A stretch of 64,000 nt of DNA from Candidatus Zixiibacteriota bacterium (GCA_024641335.1 JAHEDG010000005.1:27779-91778), one strand, 5' to 3'; counted from the stretch's first letter, positions 19,948-30,257 are shown. Numbers and translations are program-made. The notes: generated from the letters alone by a model not told the origin.

Positions 19948-22758
19948 CTATCGAATGGTTGGCATTTTGCCATACTCGTCTATGTCACGCAAACGATTGC
20001 TCGCCAATTGGTTGCCGGGATTTATCTGAAGTACGGCCTTATAGCCGGCCATAGCCGAGCTGATTTTTCCCAGATTCAGATAGCAATCCGCCAGTCGAAG
20101 CAAAGCTTCGAACTGTTTGGGGTTCTTTCTAATGTATCTTTCATAGAAAGGAATGGCTGTCCAATAGTTTTTGTTGTTGTAATGAAGATCTCCAAGAACG
20201 GCTTGAACCTCTGTATCGCCGGGAATCAAAGTAAGGTATTTTTCAAAGTAGGAAATCGACTCTTCATTCTTGTTTTGTTTCATCAGGGAAACAGCCAGAT
20301 TCCGATATCCGAAAGGAAAGTCCGGTTGATTCTCCAATGACATTCTATAACATTCCTCGGCTGACGAAAAATTGCTCTGCTTAAGAAAACAGTTTCCGAG
20401 ATTATTCCATGACGCGTAATCATTCGGATTCTGCCGGGATTGAGTCTGATAGCTTCCGGCGGCGGAAGCGTAATTGCCGAATTCGTATAAAAGATCGCCT
20501 TTGGCCATTAACACCTGTGGAGCGGTGGGGTATTTTTCCAGCAGCCGGTTAACCAGCTTGAGCGATTTCTCGTTATCGCCGTCGAGCGACGCCGCCGAGG
20601 CCAGCCCCAGCAATGACGGATAATATTCGGTATCGAATTCCAGAGATTTATTGAAACATTCGGCGGCTTTATCGGCCAATTTTTGATTCAAATATGTTTC
20701 ACCCTTCAAAAGATAAATCTCCGCGTCGGTATGACCGTGCCCTATGGCCTGATCGCAGTGAAAGTGAATTTTTTCCAAATTCTTTTTAGCCCTATAGCAT
20801 CGAGCTAGAAGATGATGGGTGAACTCATAATCCCCGCGCATTTCGATGACCGTATTCAGATATTCGATAGCTTTATCGATCTTGCCGGCCATAAACATCG
20901 AAAGACCCATACCGTAATAGGCCGAAAACTGGCTGTTGAGGTTATTCAGAATAAGCCCGTGCCATTCCCGATGTTCCGAGTAGCAGTCTCTGGCGGTCAG
21001 ATATCGATGAAACGCCTCCACCGCTTTATCGTACTCTCCCCCCTTGGCGAAAACATAACCGAGGTTGAACATGGGATCGAGGTAATCCTCTTTTATCTCC
21101 AGGGCTTTATAAAAATATTCCCTGGATTTTTCGAGCTGGTTTAATCCTTCGTATCCGCAGCCGATCTGATCGAGGGCCATTATATAAACATGCCTGTGAT
21201 CCACATCATCGGGGCCGATCAGCTCTATGGCTTTCAAGGCATGTTCCACACTCAAATCGGGCCTGGACATACCTCGATAAATCTGAGCCAGATTAAAATG
21301 GGAAAAGGCGTTATCCGGATCTTCCTCCAGCTGTTTTAGAAGAAGAGCCTCGGTTCTTTTGGCTTTGGCCTTCATCTGATCGTCGGAAAGCCCGTAACCA
21401 TGATGATATACTTTCAGGGGGCTCGCCAGAGAAACACCCTCCATCTTCAGCTGATTATGCACGATACCGTCATAACGGAATTCGGGACGGTTGCGAAACA
21501 GCCGGTGAGAGTTTAAAAATCCGGTGCGTCCCTGCTGTATTTTGTTCAAAACCACAAACGAGACAGCGTCGATATCCTTGCGTTTGGCGGCGTTTCTGAT
21601 CATATCATGTTCCGAAACTTCCAATTCCTCATCGGCGTCCAGGATCAGAATCCAGTTGCCTGTGGCATAATCGATCGATTGGTTGCGATGCAGCGAGAAA
21701 TCGTTCTGCCAGGGATGCTGATAAATTTTAGCGCCGTATTGGGCGGCGATTTCCATGGTACGGTCGGTTGAGCCGGTATCGACCAGTATTATTTCATCCG
21801 CGAGATCCTTAGCGCTTTCAAGGCATTGCGGAAGGAACTTCTCTTCATTCTTTACTATCATGCAAAGCGATATTTTTTGAGGATTCTTATCTATTGTGTT
21901 TTTCAAATGGCGCAGGTTGGATACCGCGACTTCATGTTTGGGATCGATAGCGATAGCTTTGTTGTAATATTGCTCCGCCCCGTCGTAGTCTCCCCGCTTT
22001 TCAAGGGTCACGCCGTAGTTTACCAGGGCGTCGACATCCTTAGGATGTTTTTTTAGTATATTCGAGAGAACCTCGAAGGCCTGATCGAACATCTCGCCGT
22101 CACCGTATACCAGAGCCTTGGCGTTCTCAAAAGCTATTTCATGAGGATATAACTTTGATCCTTCTTCGAGGACCTCGATAGCCGCTTCTATTCTTCCGTC
22201 TTTGCCCAGGTTGGTGGCGAAGACAATCCGGCGGAAATGATGGCCGGGATCGATTTTGACCGCTTTCTTCTGGTATTCCAGCGACTCCTTGATATTCAGA
22301 GTCCGCCTGGCAGCCTCGGACGCCATCCAGAGTGCGTCATTGAGATTATTATATGTCTGAGTCAAATATGATTCGTATTCAGTGTCTTTCTTGTCCCGTT
22401 CGGAAAGAAAGGATCTGGCCGATTCCAGAGCCTTTTCGAAATCGGAAAGATCGTTATATACCGCTGTTTCCAGAAAATAAAGATCCGGATAACCCCCGAA
22501 TTCGGCTCGCGCTTCCGCCAGTACCCCGACCGCCTCGGCCGATTGTTTTTTATTCAAAAGCGACAATACAAGACCATAATAAGCCAATGCCAGGCTTTCG
22601 CGCTGACCAGCCGCCTTGGCCTGACGCAACGCTTCTCTGAAATATTTCCCGGACTGCGAGATATCGTCCTTCTTGATATTTTCCCGCGCCAGTTTTAGAA
22701 GATCCCCGGTTTTTACCGTGAGCTTTTTATTTTCCGATTTTTTTTGTTTCTTGCCCAT
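19948..22758 (-). CDS. TPR-GT2-TPR glycosyltransferase, probable flagellin glycosyltransferase
   Basis: GT2 core ISLCMIVKNEE...VDTGSTD...WQNDFS..RN...WILILDADE flanked by many TPRs; immediately upstream of fliC. Confidence 0.88.
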   Translation of the reverse strand: MGKKQKKSENKKLTVKTGDLLKLARENIKKDDISQSGKYFREALRQAKAAGQRESLALAYYGLVLSLLNKKQSAEAVGVLAEARAEFGGYPDLYFLETAVYNDLSDFEKALESARSFLSERDKKDTEYESYLTQTYNNLNDALWMASEAARRTLNIKESLEYQKKAVKIDPGHHFRRIVFATNLGKDGRIEAAIEVLEEGSKLYPHEIAFENAKALVYGDGEMFDQAFEVLSNILKKHPKDVDALVNYGVTLEKRGDYDGAEQYYNKAIAIDPKHEVAVSNLRHLKNTIDKNPQKISLCMIVKNEEKFLPQCLESAKDLADEIILVDTGSTDRTMEIAAQYGAKIYQHPWQNDFSLHRNQSIDYATGNWILILDADEELEVSEHDMIRNAAKRKDIDAVSFVVLNKIQQGRTGFLNSHRLFRNRPEFRYDGIVHNQLKMEGVSLASPLKVYHHGYGLSDDQMKAKAKRTEALLLKQLEEDPDNAFSHFNLAQIYRGMSRPDLSVEHALKAIELIGPDDVDHRHVYIMALDQIGCGYEGLNQLEKSREYFYKALEIKEDYLDPMFNLGYVFAKGGEYDKAVEAFHRYLTARDCYSEHREWHGLILNNLNSQFSAYYGMGLSMFMAGKIDKAIEYLNTVIEMRGDYEFTHHLLARCYRAKKNLEKIHFHCDQAIGHGHTDAEIYLLKGETYLNQKLADKAAECFNKSLEFDTEYYPSLLGLASAASLDGDNEKSLKLVNRLLEKYPTAPQVLMAKGDLLYEFGNYASAAGSYQTQSRQNPNDYASWNNLGNCFLKQSNFSSAEECYRMSLENQPDFPFGYRNLAVSLMKQNKNEESISYFEKYLTLIPGDTEVQAVLGDLHYNNKNYWTAIPFYERYIRKNPKQFEALLRLADCYLNLGKISSAMAGYKAVLQINPGNQLASNRLRDIDEYGKMPTIR

Positions 22759-22781
22759 ATTATCATTCTCGTCTTTCAGGT

Positions 22782-23369
22782 TTAATTCAGGGAACGCGAC
22801 CCCAACTCCGCCAGTCGGTCCTCTATAGCTTTATCTTCCGGATGTATTGCCAGATATTTCTCATAAATTCCGATCGAATTCTCGGATTCGCCCAATTCCT
22901 CCAGGGCCTGCGCCCACATTAACAGCACCTCGCCGGCTTTTTCTCTGGTGTTTATCCCGTAATCACGCTTTTCAAGATCAATAGCCGCGTGAAGTTCAGC
23001 AAAGCTTTCGGCGAATTTAGGGACTCTGGCGGTTTCGCCGTTTACCGCGGCGATAACCAGTTCGAAATATACTATGTCGAGATAATTTCCAAGCTGACGC
23101 CGGGCGTCATAGCAGACCTGCCGGGCTTCATCGAATTTATTCTGCTGCAGATTCGCCAGGCACCAGAGATAATATGCCTCCGACGCTATCCTGGGCATCC
23201 GAAGGCTGATAGCGTCGCCAACCGTTGTTCGGCAATAATCGACAGTTATAGCGAAATTACGTTTGCCGAAACTGGTTTTGGCCAGCTTCATGAATTTGTC
23301 CAGATCGGCGGCCTGAGGAACCCTGGCAGGAAGTTCATTTTTGATTTTTGCGATTTTCTGTTTTATCAT
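22782..23369 (-). CDS. Stand-alone TPR-like protein, paralogous to the N-terminus of the neighbouring GT2 protein
   Basis: Gapless manual alignment to the 936-aa protein (KLA, Y.R, AYY, EA..V...AR...G.Y.D, A.SF). Confidence 0.75.
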   Translation of the reverse strand: MIKQKIAKIKNELPARVPQAADLDKFMKLAKTSFGKRNFAITVDYCRTTVGDAISLRMPRIASEAYYLWCLANLQQNKFDEARQVCYDARRQLGNYLDIVYFELVIAAVNGETARVPKFAESFAELHAAIDLEKRDYGINTREKAGEVLLMWAQALEELGESENSIGIYEKYLAIHPEDKAIEDRLAELGSRSLN

Positions 23370-23371
23370 AT

Positions 23372-23911
23372 TTATTTTCTCTTTCTAATCACCCTGGCTG
23401 GTGTTCCCACGGCCACGGCGAAATCAGGAATGTCCTTATTTACCACGCTTCCAGCTCCTATCTGCGCCCCGCGCCCGATATTTACTCCCGGCAAAATAAC
23501 GCTTAAGGCCCCGATATCGGCGCCATCGCCGATAACCACACGACCGTGCCGCAGCGGGGAATGAAGTATCGGTATTTCCGAATCGTCGATATCATGCTGG
23601 GATGTTATTATCGATACCCCCGGCCCTATTCCGACATGCTCCCCTATTTCAATATCGCCGGACGCATATATAAAGCATCGGGGTCCGATCCAGGTCCCGG
23701 AACCTATGACCAATTTACGATCATAATATCCCTTTATTATAGCGTCATGTCCGACATAAACATCATCTCCTATCTCGACATAACGGGCCAGGAATACACG
23801 GACGCCATCCTCGATCACCACTCCCTCGCCCAGCCGCCGAAAATCGCGGTCATCGCCAGGTCCGTGGCTGTTCCATTTCTTGCTTGTTATCTCCTGCGTT
23901 TCCGGATTCAA
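23372..23911 (-). CDS. Hexapeptide-repeat (left-handed beta helix) sugar acyltransferase
   Basis: Repeating IGxx hexads, VILPGVNIGRGAQIGAGSVVNKDIP..AVAVGTPARVI. Confidence 0.9.
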   Translation of the reverse strand: MNPETQEITSKKWNSHGPGDDRDFRRLGEGVVIEDGVRVFLARYVEIGDDVYVGHDAIIKGYYDRKLVIGSGTWIGPRCFIYASGDIEIGEHVGIGPGVSIITSQHDIDDSEIPILHSPLRHGRVVIGDGADIGALSVILPGVNIGRGAQIGAGSVVNKDIPDFAVAVGTPARVIRKRK

Positions 23912-23923
23912 TTCCCCTCCCGA

Positions 23924-25084
23924 TCAACCCTTGAATTCACGCGACACCGTCACTTTTTCGTCAAGTTTCGGGATTGCGATAGTAAGATAGTTTTTTATAA
24001 CCGCGATTACTTTATCCTGTTCTTTTTCGGTTATCCCCTCATAGAGCGGTAAACTGATCAGATTGCGGTATGCCTTCAACGATTGTGGATATTGAGTCTC
24101 GTCGATCTTGTATTTTTCGGCGTAATACGATGTATGCGGAATCGAATATGTCCCGATCCCTGCCTCGATACCGTTTTCCCCGAGATACTTTATCAGCGAA
24201 TCTCTGTGACCGTCGGAGACAGAGCCGATATAGGTCTGATAATTTACTTTACAGGTACCTTGGGGTTCCGGCGGACTGATAATCCTTGAGTCGCCGAGGT
24301 TTTCATTATAATATTTTCCGGCCGTTATTCGCGCCCGCAGAACCGCGTTAAAACGCTTCATCTGCGAAACCCCTAACGCGGCCTGAAATTCTGTCATCCT
24401 GTAATTAAATCCCGGCGCCCTGAAATCAGGACCCGGATTATACTGCTGCCCGTGATTGCGAAGTTCTTTTATTCTTTCGGAGATCCGGGAATCATCGGTG
24501 ACCACAACCCCGCCTTCGCCGGTAGTCAGGATCTTCCTGGGATGAAAACTGAACCCGGCCAGTCTCCCGAAATTTCCGCAGCGGGATCCTCCCACGCTCG
24601 ATCCAAGGGCACAGGCGGCATCTTCAATTATCGGCAGATCATGCCTGGCGGCGATGCTTTGAATTTTATTAATATCCATCGGCCAGCCGAAATTATGGAC
24701 GACCATTATCGCCCTGGTTCGGGATGTTATCTTGTTTTCGATCGCGCCCGTATCGATATTGAACCCGCCGAATTCCGAATCGACGAAAACAACTTTCGCT
24801 CCGGTCAGCTCTACGGAATTAGCGCTGGCTGGATAACTAAATGCGGGTACTATTACCTCGTCGCCGGCCCTGATTCCCATCGCCAGTAAACCGAGATGCA
24901 AAGCGGCTGTCCCCGACGAGACACATACGGCGTATCGGACCTTCAGATAGGTGGCCAGCTGACGTTCGAACGTTTCTACCGTTTTTCCGCTGATTAATTT
25001 GCCGGATTTCAATACCTCGACGGCTGAAGCGATGTCATCATCCGACAAGCTCAGCCTGACGAGGGGTATGCTGGATTTTGTCAT
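23924..25084 (-). CDS. DegT/DnrJ/ArnB-family PLP sugar aminotransferase
   Basis: SSGTAALH, GDEVIVP, IIEDAAC, FSFHPRKILTTGEGG (PLP lysine), GFNYRM. Confidence 0.95.
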   Translation of the reverse strand: MTKSSIPLVRLSLSDDDIASAVEVLKSGKLISGKTVETFERQLATYLKVRYAVCVSSGTAALHLGLLAMGIRAGDEVIVPAFSYPASANSVELTGAKVVFVDSEFGGFNIDTGAIENKITSRTRAIMVVHNFGWPMDINKIQSIAARHDLPIIEDAACALGSSVGGSRCGNFGRLAGFSFHPRKILTTGEGGVVVTDDSRISERIKELRNHGQQYNPGPDFRAPGFNYRMTEFQAALGVSQMKRFNAVLRARITAGKYYNENLGDSRIISPPEPQGTCKVNYQTYIGSVSDGHRDSLIKYLGENGIEAGIGTYSIPHTSYYAEKYKIDETQYPQSLKAYRNLISLPLYEGITEKEQDKVIAVIKNYLTIAIPKLDEKVTVSREFKG

Positions 25085-26027
25085 AGTACCAATCCGCGGT
25101 CTTTTTGAGACCTTCCTCTAAATCTATCAAAGGGTTGAAATTCAATATTGTCATGGCTTTGTCTATGTTGGGAATACGCAGCTCCACGTCGGCCTCGTCC
25201 TTGGGAACAAAGACTATTTTCGATTTGGAATAGGTGACGCGAATTACCGCTAACGCCAGTCCGTAAATGGTAACAGTGCCGCGAGGATTACCGATGTTAA
25301 AGCACTCTCCTATCGATTTTTCGTTCTCCAGCGAAAGCAGGATTGCGTCGGCGATATCGTCGATATAGCACCAGGAACGGATCTGATCGCCGTTGCCCCT
25401 GATGACCAGATCCTCTCCTCGTAAAGCTCTGGTAATAAAATGATGTACCGCCCCCTCGCCTACCTGGCCGGGGCCGTAAATGTTAAACGGTCTTATCGTT
25501 GTGGTGGGCAGGCTCTTCTCTGAAAAATAGCTGTAGGAAAGATGTTCTCCGGCCAGTTTCGATACCGCGTATGTCCAGCGCGCGTTCCCCACCGCGCCGA
25601 GCGATGTGGTATCGCCTTCCTCCGAACGAAACGCGTATGAGCCGAATACCTCCGAAGTGGAAAAATCCACGAACCGCTCCAGCGATGAAAGCTCCTCGGC
25701 CGCTTCGAGCATATTGGCGGTCCCCAGCATGTTGACTTTCATGGTATTAATCGGAGATTTGATGACCGTATCGATCCCGGCGACTGCAGCCAGATGAATA
25801 ACTATATTCGCCTGCCCGATATGGCTCTTGATTCTCTCCAGATCGAGTATATCTCCCCGCACCGACGCCAGATTCGGGTGATTGCGGAGTTTCTGGCCGT
25901 TCAGGCTGTACCTGTTGAAGGTATCGTAGATCGTAATCTTATTGTTGTCGATAAGCCTGCTCACCAGGGCCGATCCTATGAAACCCGCTCCCCCGGAGAT
26001 AAATATGTTCTTACCCTTGATCGCCAC
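25038..26027 (-). CDS. NAD-dependent nucleotide-sugar epimerase/dehydratase (ArnA/UXS decarboxylase-like)
   Basis: GGAGFIGS, HLAA, STSEVFG, RWTYAVSK (YxxxK), RPFNIYGP. Overlaps the next gene by 47 nt. Confidence 0.92.
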   Translation of the reverse strand: MAIKGKNIFISGGAGFIGSALVSRLIDNNKITIYDTFNRYSLNGQKLRNHPNLASVRGDILDLERIKSHIGQANIVIHLAAVAGIDTVIKSPINTMKVNMLGTANMLEAAEELSSLERFVDFSTSEVFGSYAFRSEEGDTTSLGAVGNARWTYAVSKLAGEHLSYSYFSEKSLPTTTIRPFNIYGPGQVGEGAVHHFITRALRGEDLVIRGNGDQIRSWCYIDDIADAILLSLENEKSIGECFNIGNPRGTVTIYGLALAVIRVTYSKSKIVFVPKDEADVELRIPNIDKAMTILNFNPLIDLEEGLKKTADWYYDKIQHTPRQAELVG

Positions 26028-26035
26028 TGATCCTC

Positions 26036-27727
26036 CTATTTCAACAGATACGCGTCGTTGTCCTCGGCGTATCTGTGGCCATTCATTACAAAATCGTACA
26101 TCCAGAGATATTGACGAATAATCTTCATTGGGTCATGATGAGTCCTGGCCCAACTCCTGCCCTGCTGACCGATTCTGGTGATCTCGCCTTTGTTTTTCAA
26201 AAGATGCTCCAATTTTTCGTAGAGATTGCCCTCGTTAACATAGACAATCGGGTTTTCCGGATGATAGCTGGCGGCAAAATTGGAGATCCCGCAAAGCACC
26301 GCATGCCCGGCGGCCATCGATTCGATAGCCGATAACCCGTAGATACCCACCGATATCTGATCGTAGGTGATATGGCAGCGGCTCTTGATATCCAGACATT
26401 CATCGTTGGATTTACCCTCGATCAATTCCACTTCGACCGGATACTTTTCCTTCAGTTTTTCCACAGTAGAAAGAAACAGATCGGTTTTCTTAAATTGCCG
26501 ATTGGTGGGAGGATGACAAATCCGTACGACATCGGCAGGAGGAGACGCCGGTTTTATGCGCGAGATATCGCACATCATATTTATATGGTAAAAAAGCGGG
26601 GCCTTTTCCAGCATGGTGTGATCCCAGGCGGAAAGGCCGGTTATTTTATTTTCATTATGCCATTTATATATATCAGCCCCGTGAGCCCTGATCTCCGAAC
26701 CGTAATACTGAACCAGAGAGTTATTTGGCTTTAGATACTTGCCCCAGTCGAGATCGTTGAAATTTTTCGGGAAACGTCCGATATGGTAAAAATCAGCCTT
26801 TTCGATTATCTTGACCGCCTCTTCGAAATCATCGCTGTTCCCGTTGGAAAGTATCAGATCCTTATCGTAAGAAAGATAATCGCCATTGAGAATAATGAGC
26901 CTGGCCTTGTGTATGGTGTAACGGTTGAGCATCCTGAATAGCAGCGATAACTGTCCGGCGATATTGAAATCCGCGACCACGGCGATATTTTGGCCGGTCT
27001 TCTTCTCCCATAATTCCTCGGGCACATGTTTTAAAAATATGTCATCGGTTTTGGCCGGTTGTTTCTTGGTGATCGTCAATGTTCCCTTGGGCTGCTTTGT
27101 CTCTGGTACAACCGGGGCAGCCGCCGCTTCGAGTATTAGAGATTTATCGTCGGAAGGCTGGTCAACCGGAACGATACGGTTTGTTTTTTTCGCCGGGACA
27201 TTATTCAGATATTTTTCTATCCACTCCAGAGCCTCGGAGTAGTTTTCGTTTTCCCAGCAGATCTCGAAAAGATTCATCAGCGCTCTCTTATAAAGAGGAT
27301 TCGCGCCAAGGGCTTTGATAAAATGCCCTCTGGCCAGATGCTCTTTGCCCTGAGAGTGGTAAAGCACACCGAGGTCATTGTGAGCCGCGAAATCGCCCGG
27401 ATTCAGCTCTACGGCCTTGAGGAAGTTCTCCACCGACTCGGAAAATCGGGATTGCTTGCTGTGAACCAGGCCCAGGTTGTAATAAGCGTCGCAGTTATCG
27501 GGATTATTGTTAAGAACGGATCCGAAAGCGTTTTCGGCCTTATAATAATCACCGCGTTCGGCATATATGGTACCCTGGGTGTTTAACAACTGAGGGTCGT
27601 TGGGATTATTTTCGAGAAGATAACGAACGGATTCCTCCGCTTTATCCAAATCGCCGTCAGCTAACTCCTGGGCCAGCTGCTCATAAGAAATAACCTGTTT
27701 TTTTTCGGTATCGATTGTTTCCGCCAT
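26036..27727 (-). CDS. TPR protein with C-terminal GT-B (GT4-like) glycosyltransferase
   Basis: N-terminal TPRs (AYYNLG, AHNDLG); C-terminal HPPTNRQFKKT...DQISVGIYGLSAIESMAAG...G..GRSWA. Start set at MAETID. Confidence 0.75.
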   Translation of the reverse strand: MAETIDTEKKQVISYEQLAQELADGDLDKAEESVRYLLENNPNDPQLLNTQGTIYAERGDYYKAENAFGSVLNNNPDNCDAYYNLGLVHSKQSRFSESVENFLKAVELNPGDFAAHNDLGVLYHSQGKEHLARGHFIKALGANPLYKRALMNLFEICWENENYSEALEWIEKYLNNVPAKKTNRIVPVDQPSDDKSLILEAAAAPVVPETKQPKGTLTITKKQPAKTDDIFLKHVPEELWEKKTGQNIAVVADFNIAGQLSLLFRMLNRYTIHKARLIILNGDYLSYDKDLILSNGNSDDFEEAVKIIEKADFYHIGRFPKNFNDLDWGKYLKPNNSLVQYYGSEIRAHGADIYKWHNENKITGLSAWDHTMLEKAPLFYHINMMCDISRIKPASPPADVVRICHPPTNRQFKKTDLFLSTVEKLKEKYPVEVELIEGKSNDECLDIKSRCHITYDQISVGIYGLSAIESMAAGHAVLCGISNFAASYHPENPIVYVNEGNLYEKLEHLLKNKGEITRIGQQGRSWARTHHDPMKIIRQYLWMYDFVMNGHRYAEDNDAYLLK

Positions 27728-27865
27728 GATCAGGCCTCTTCCAATTTTACTATTCTTGTTTTTTTCGAATGTCCCGTTGATCCGGCAGGCCGGCCATTTC
27801 GTTGAACTTCCTGACAAATGGCCTTTGAAAACGTTAACCCGGCCGGGAATTTTACTAACTGATAC

Positions 27866-28324
27866 TCAAACCGATTTGCTCATCAATCTGCTTTCCAAGT
27901 CCGCGAATATATAGTGCTCCACACCGTATTCGCTGTCCGCGAGTATTAGCTGAGCGGCGTGCTTGTTGCCGGAATTCATGACCACAGGCGCCTGAAGATT
28001 AGCCGACATTTTTTCAGGACGCCCTGCGGGAATAGTAATCAAAACAAAAATACCCGCCTCGGCGATCTTAGTAATACCCAGAACTTTCAGATCCTTGGGA
28101 TTAATGTCCACCACGTAATCAGGCTTAAAGAAAAGAGGTTCCAGCATAAGAAAAGCCAACTCGGAATTTTCCACTGATTGCAGCCATTTGAACGGCTCCT
28201 GCCCTTCCACGGCCACGATGATAAATCTCTTCAGATCCTCAAAACCGAGTATGCCGCGCACCATCAAGATTATATCCGATTTTTTATATTCGATTTCCCC
28301 GAATTTGGCTGTTTCCAGTATCAC
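27866..28324 (-). CDS. fliW: Flagellar assembly factor FliW
   Basis: TAKFGEI, GILGFE, FKWLQS, P..F.PDY, SANLQAPVVMN. Confidence 0.95.
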   Translation of the reverse strand: MILETAKFGEIEYKKSDIILMVRGILGFEDLKRFIIVAVEGQEPFKWLQSVENSELAFLMLEPLFFKPDYVVDINPKDLKVLGITKIAEAGIFVLITIPAGRPEKMSANLQAPVVMNSGNKHAAQLILADSEYGVEHYIFADLESRLMSKSV

Positions 28325-28340
28325 TCTTTCCTCCCTTTGC

Positions 28341-30257
28341 CTACCTCAAAAATTGCAGTAATGACGGCTGAAGCATTTTCGAGGCCGATGCCAGCGCCGC
28401 CTGGTAAGCCGCTTCCGCGGTAGCCAGATCGGTGATTATTCTGGCAAAATCGGCATCTTCGATTTCAGACAGCTGGTTGGTAACCTGTATCTCGAACGAA
28501 AGGAGCCGGTATGATGCCGTCTCGCCCCTGTTAACTCTCGATCCGACGTCCGCTCTCTCATTGAGAACCTTATCCAGAGAGCCGTCAAATGTCTCCAGAC
28601 ATAAGCCGATCTCTTCGGTTTCGTTATTTTCAAGCGATCTGGATAGTACCATCATATTTCCCAAAATATCGGGGGAACCGAATATCCCGAGATCCTTGGC
28701 CGTTCGTCCGCCATCGGCCTCTATCACCATCAGAGATTGTCCCTCGACTTTGGAGAATAGCACGATTCCTGTTTTCTGTTCGTTTATCCTCGCCTCGACA
28801 TCGACCCCCGATGAGTTGATAAGATTGATAACATCCATAATTGTAGCGTCGGGATTACTGGTCATCGGAGAAAGATCGATATCCTTGGAGTTATGCCCGT
28901 TAGTTATTCTGAATTTCCCAAGGGGAAATCCCTGACCGTTGTTTAAAGCTGTCAGCTTGGTGAAGTAGGCGATTTCCGGGTCGAGATCATTTCCATCCAG
29001 GTAATTGAATTCGGCCTGCTTCAAAAGCCCCAAATTCTTGGCCGTGTTCTCGCCTGGAGCGTTTTCGACCACCTGAATATGCAAAGGAGCCAGATCCGTG
29101 CCTTCCATGCTCGATAATACCTCGCCCAGAATGCCCAAATCGGCCGCCGTATGGCTGCCCGACGCAACTTCTGTTATTACAATATCCAAAGGCGCGACAT
29201 TGGTATCTGTTATATGAAGAGCGTTTTTCTCCAGGTCTATCGACGCCGTGACATTGTTTATACCTCCGGCGGGCAGTTGCGTATTGATAGCCGTAAGGAC
29301 GTCCCCGACCGTAACCGCCGCGGTTATATCCACATCGACCGCCACCCCTCCGGCGGTTTCGAAATGTATCAGCCCTGTCGATTGATCTATACCCAGGCCG
29401 CCGTTAAGCAGGCTCAATGGGGTATTGGGATTAATATGATGAAGCGACGTATCTTCGAAAGCGAAGCCGCTCCCGGCATTATTTATCGTCGCGGTCAGAT
29501 TCGGGATAGCCAGGCCATTGACAGCGTCCATAATATCCTGAATATTCCTGGCCGCGGAAACGTCAACCACGTATTCGCCGTTTAGAGTTCTTATATTAAA
29601 TAAGCCTGCCCCCAGATCGACACCGTTGCCGTTATAAAGATAATCGAGCCATAAAGTTGGTTGTATGCCGACACTTAAGTCATGACCGTCCCCCAATGTG
29701 CGGGATGGAGAAGTCAGAAAATCCGCGGCATTGGAGTTTATCCCCAGATATGAGGCCGATTCGGTTTCCAGTAGTATTTTGGAGAAATCCCCCTGGTAGA
29801 CGATCCCCATGGCGTTGACATTAAACGGTTTGACATTGGTTCGGGTACCGGAGAAAATATAATTCCCCTCGAACTGCGTATTGGCGGCATCGATTATCTG
29901 ATCGAACAAATCTCTGATTTGGGTAGCCCCGCCCCGCCTGGCATTTTCGTCATAAGTATCGTTGGCCAGCTGAACACCCAGCTCCTTGGCGCTGGAAACC
30001 AGATCATTTATATTGCCCAAAGCCTGATCGGAAAATCCGAGCCAGGATAAACCCTGGTCTATATTTTTTCTAAACTGGGCCAAATCGGCGAGGTCCGATC
30101 TGAATCCGAGATCCTTGGTTATTCCGATAGGGTCATCGGACGGACGGTTAATACGTCGACCGGAGCTGGCCAGGGTTTGTAACCGCAGGAACCGCGACTG
30201 CGCCAGAGATAAATTCCTGGTCACGGTGTTGTTGATCATGTTCGAGGTTATTCTCAT
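28341..30257 (-). CDS. flgL: Hook-filament junction protein FlgL (large, 638 aa)
   Basis: MRITSNM, SSGRRINRPSDDP, YIFSGTRT..KPF, RADVGSR.NR, SEIEDAD, YQAAL...LQPSLLQFLR. Confidence 0.95.
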   Translation of the reverse strand: MRITSNMINNTVTRNLSLAQSRFLRLQTLASSGRRINRPSDDPIGITKDLGFRSDLADLAQFRKNIDQGLSWLGFSDQALGNINDLVSSAKELGVQLANDTYDENARRGGATQIRDLFDQIIDAANTQFEGNYIFSGTRTNVKPFNVNAMGIVYQGDFSKILLETESASYLGINSNAADFLTSPSRTLGDGHDLSVGIQPTLWLDYLYNGNGVDLGAGLFNIRTLNGEYVVDVSAARNIQDIMDAVNGLAIPNLTATINNAGSGFAFEDTSLHHINPNTPLSLLNGGLGIDQSTGLIHFETAGGVAVDVDITAAVTVGDVLTAINTQLPAGGINNVTASIDLEKNALHITDTNVAPLDIVITEVASGSHTAADLGILGEVLSSMEGTDLAPLHIQVVENAPGENTAKNLGLLKQAEFNYLDGNDLDPEIAYFTKLTALNNGQGFPLGKFRITNGHNSKDIDLSPMTSNPDATIMDVINLINSSGVDVEARINEQKTGIVLFSKVEGQSLMVIEADGGRTAKDLGIFGSPDILGNMMVLSRSLENNETEEIGLCLETFDGSLDKVLNERADVGSRVNRGETASYRLLSFEIQVTNQLSEIEDADFARIITDLATAEAAYQAALASASKMLQPSLLQFLR

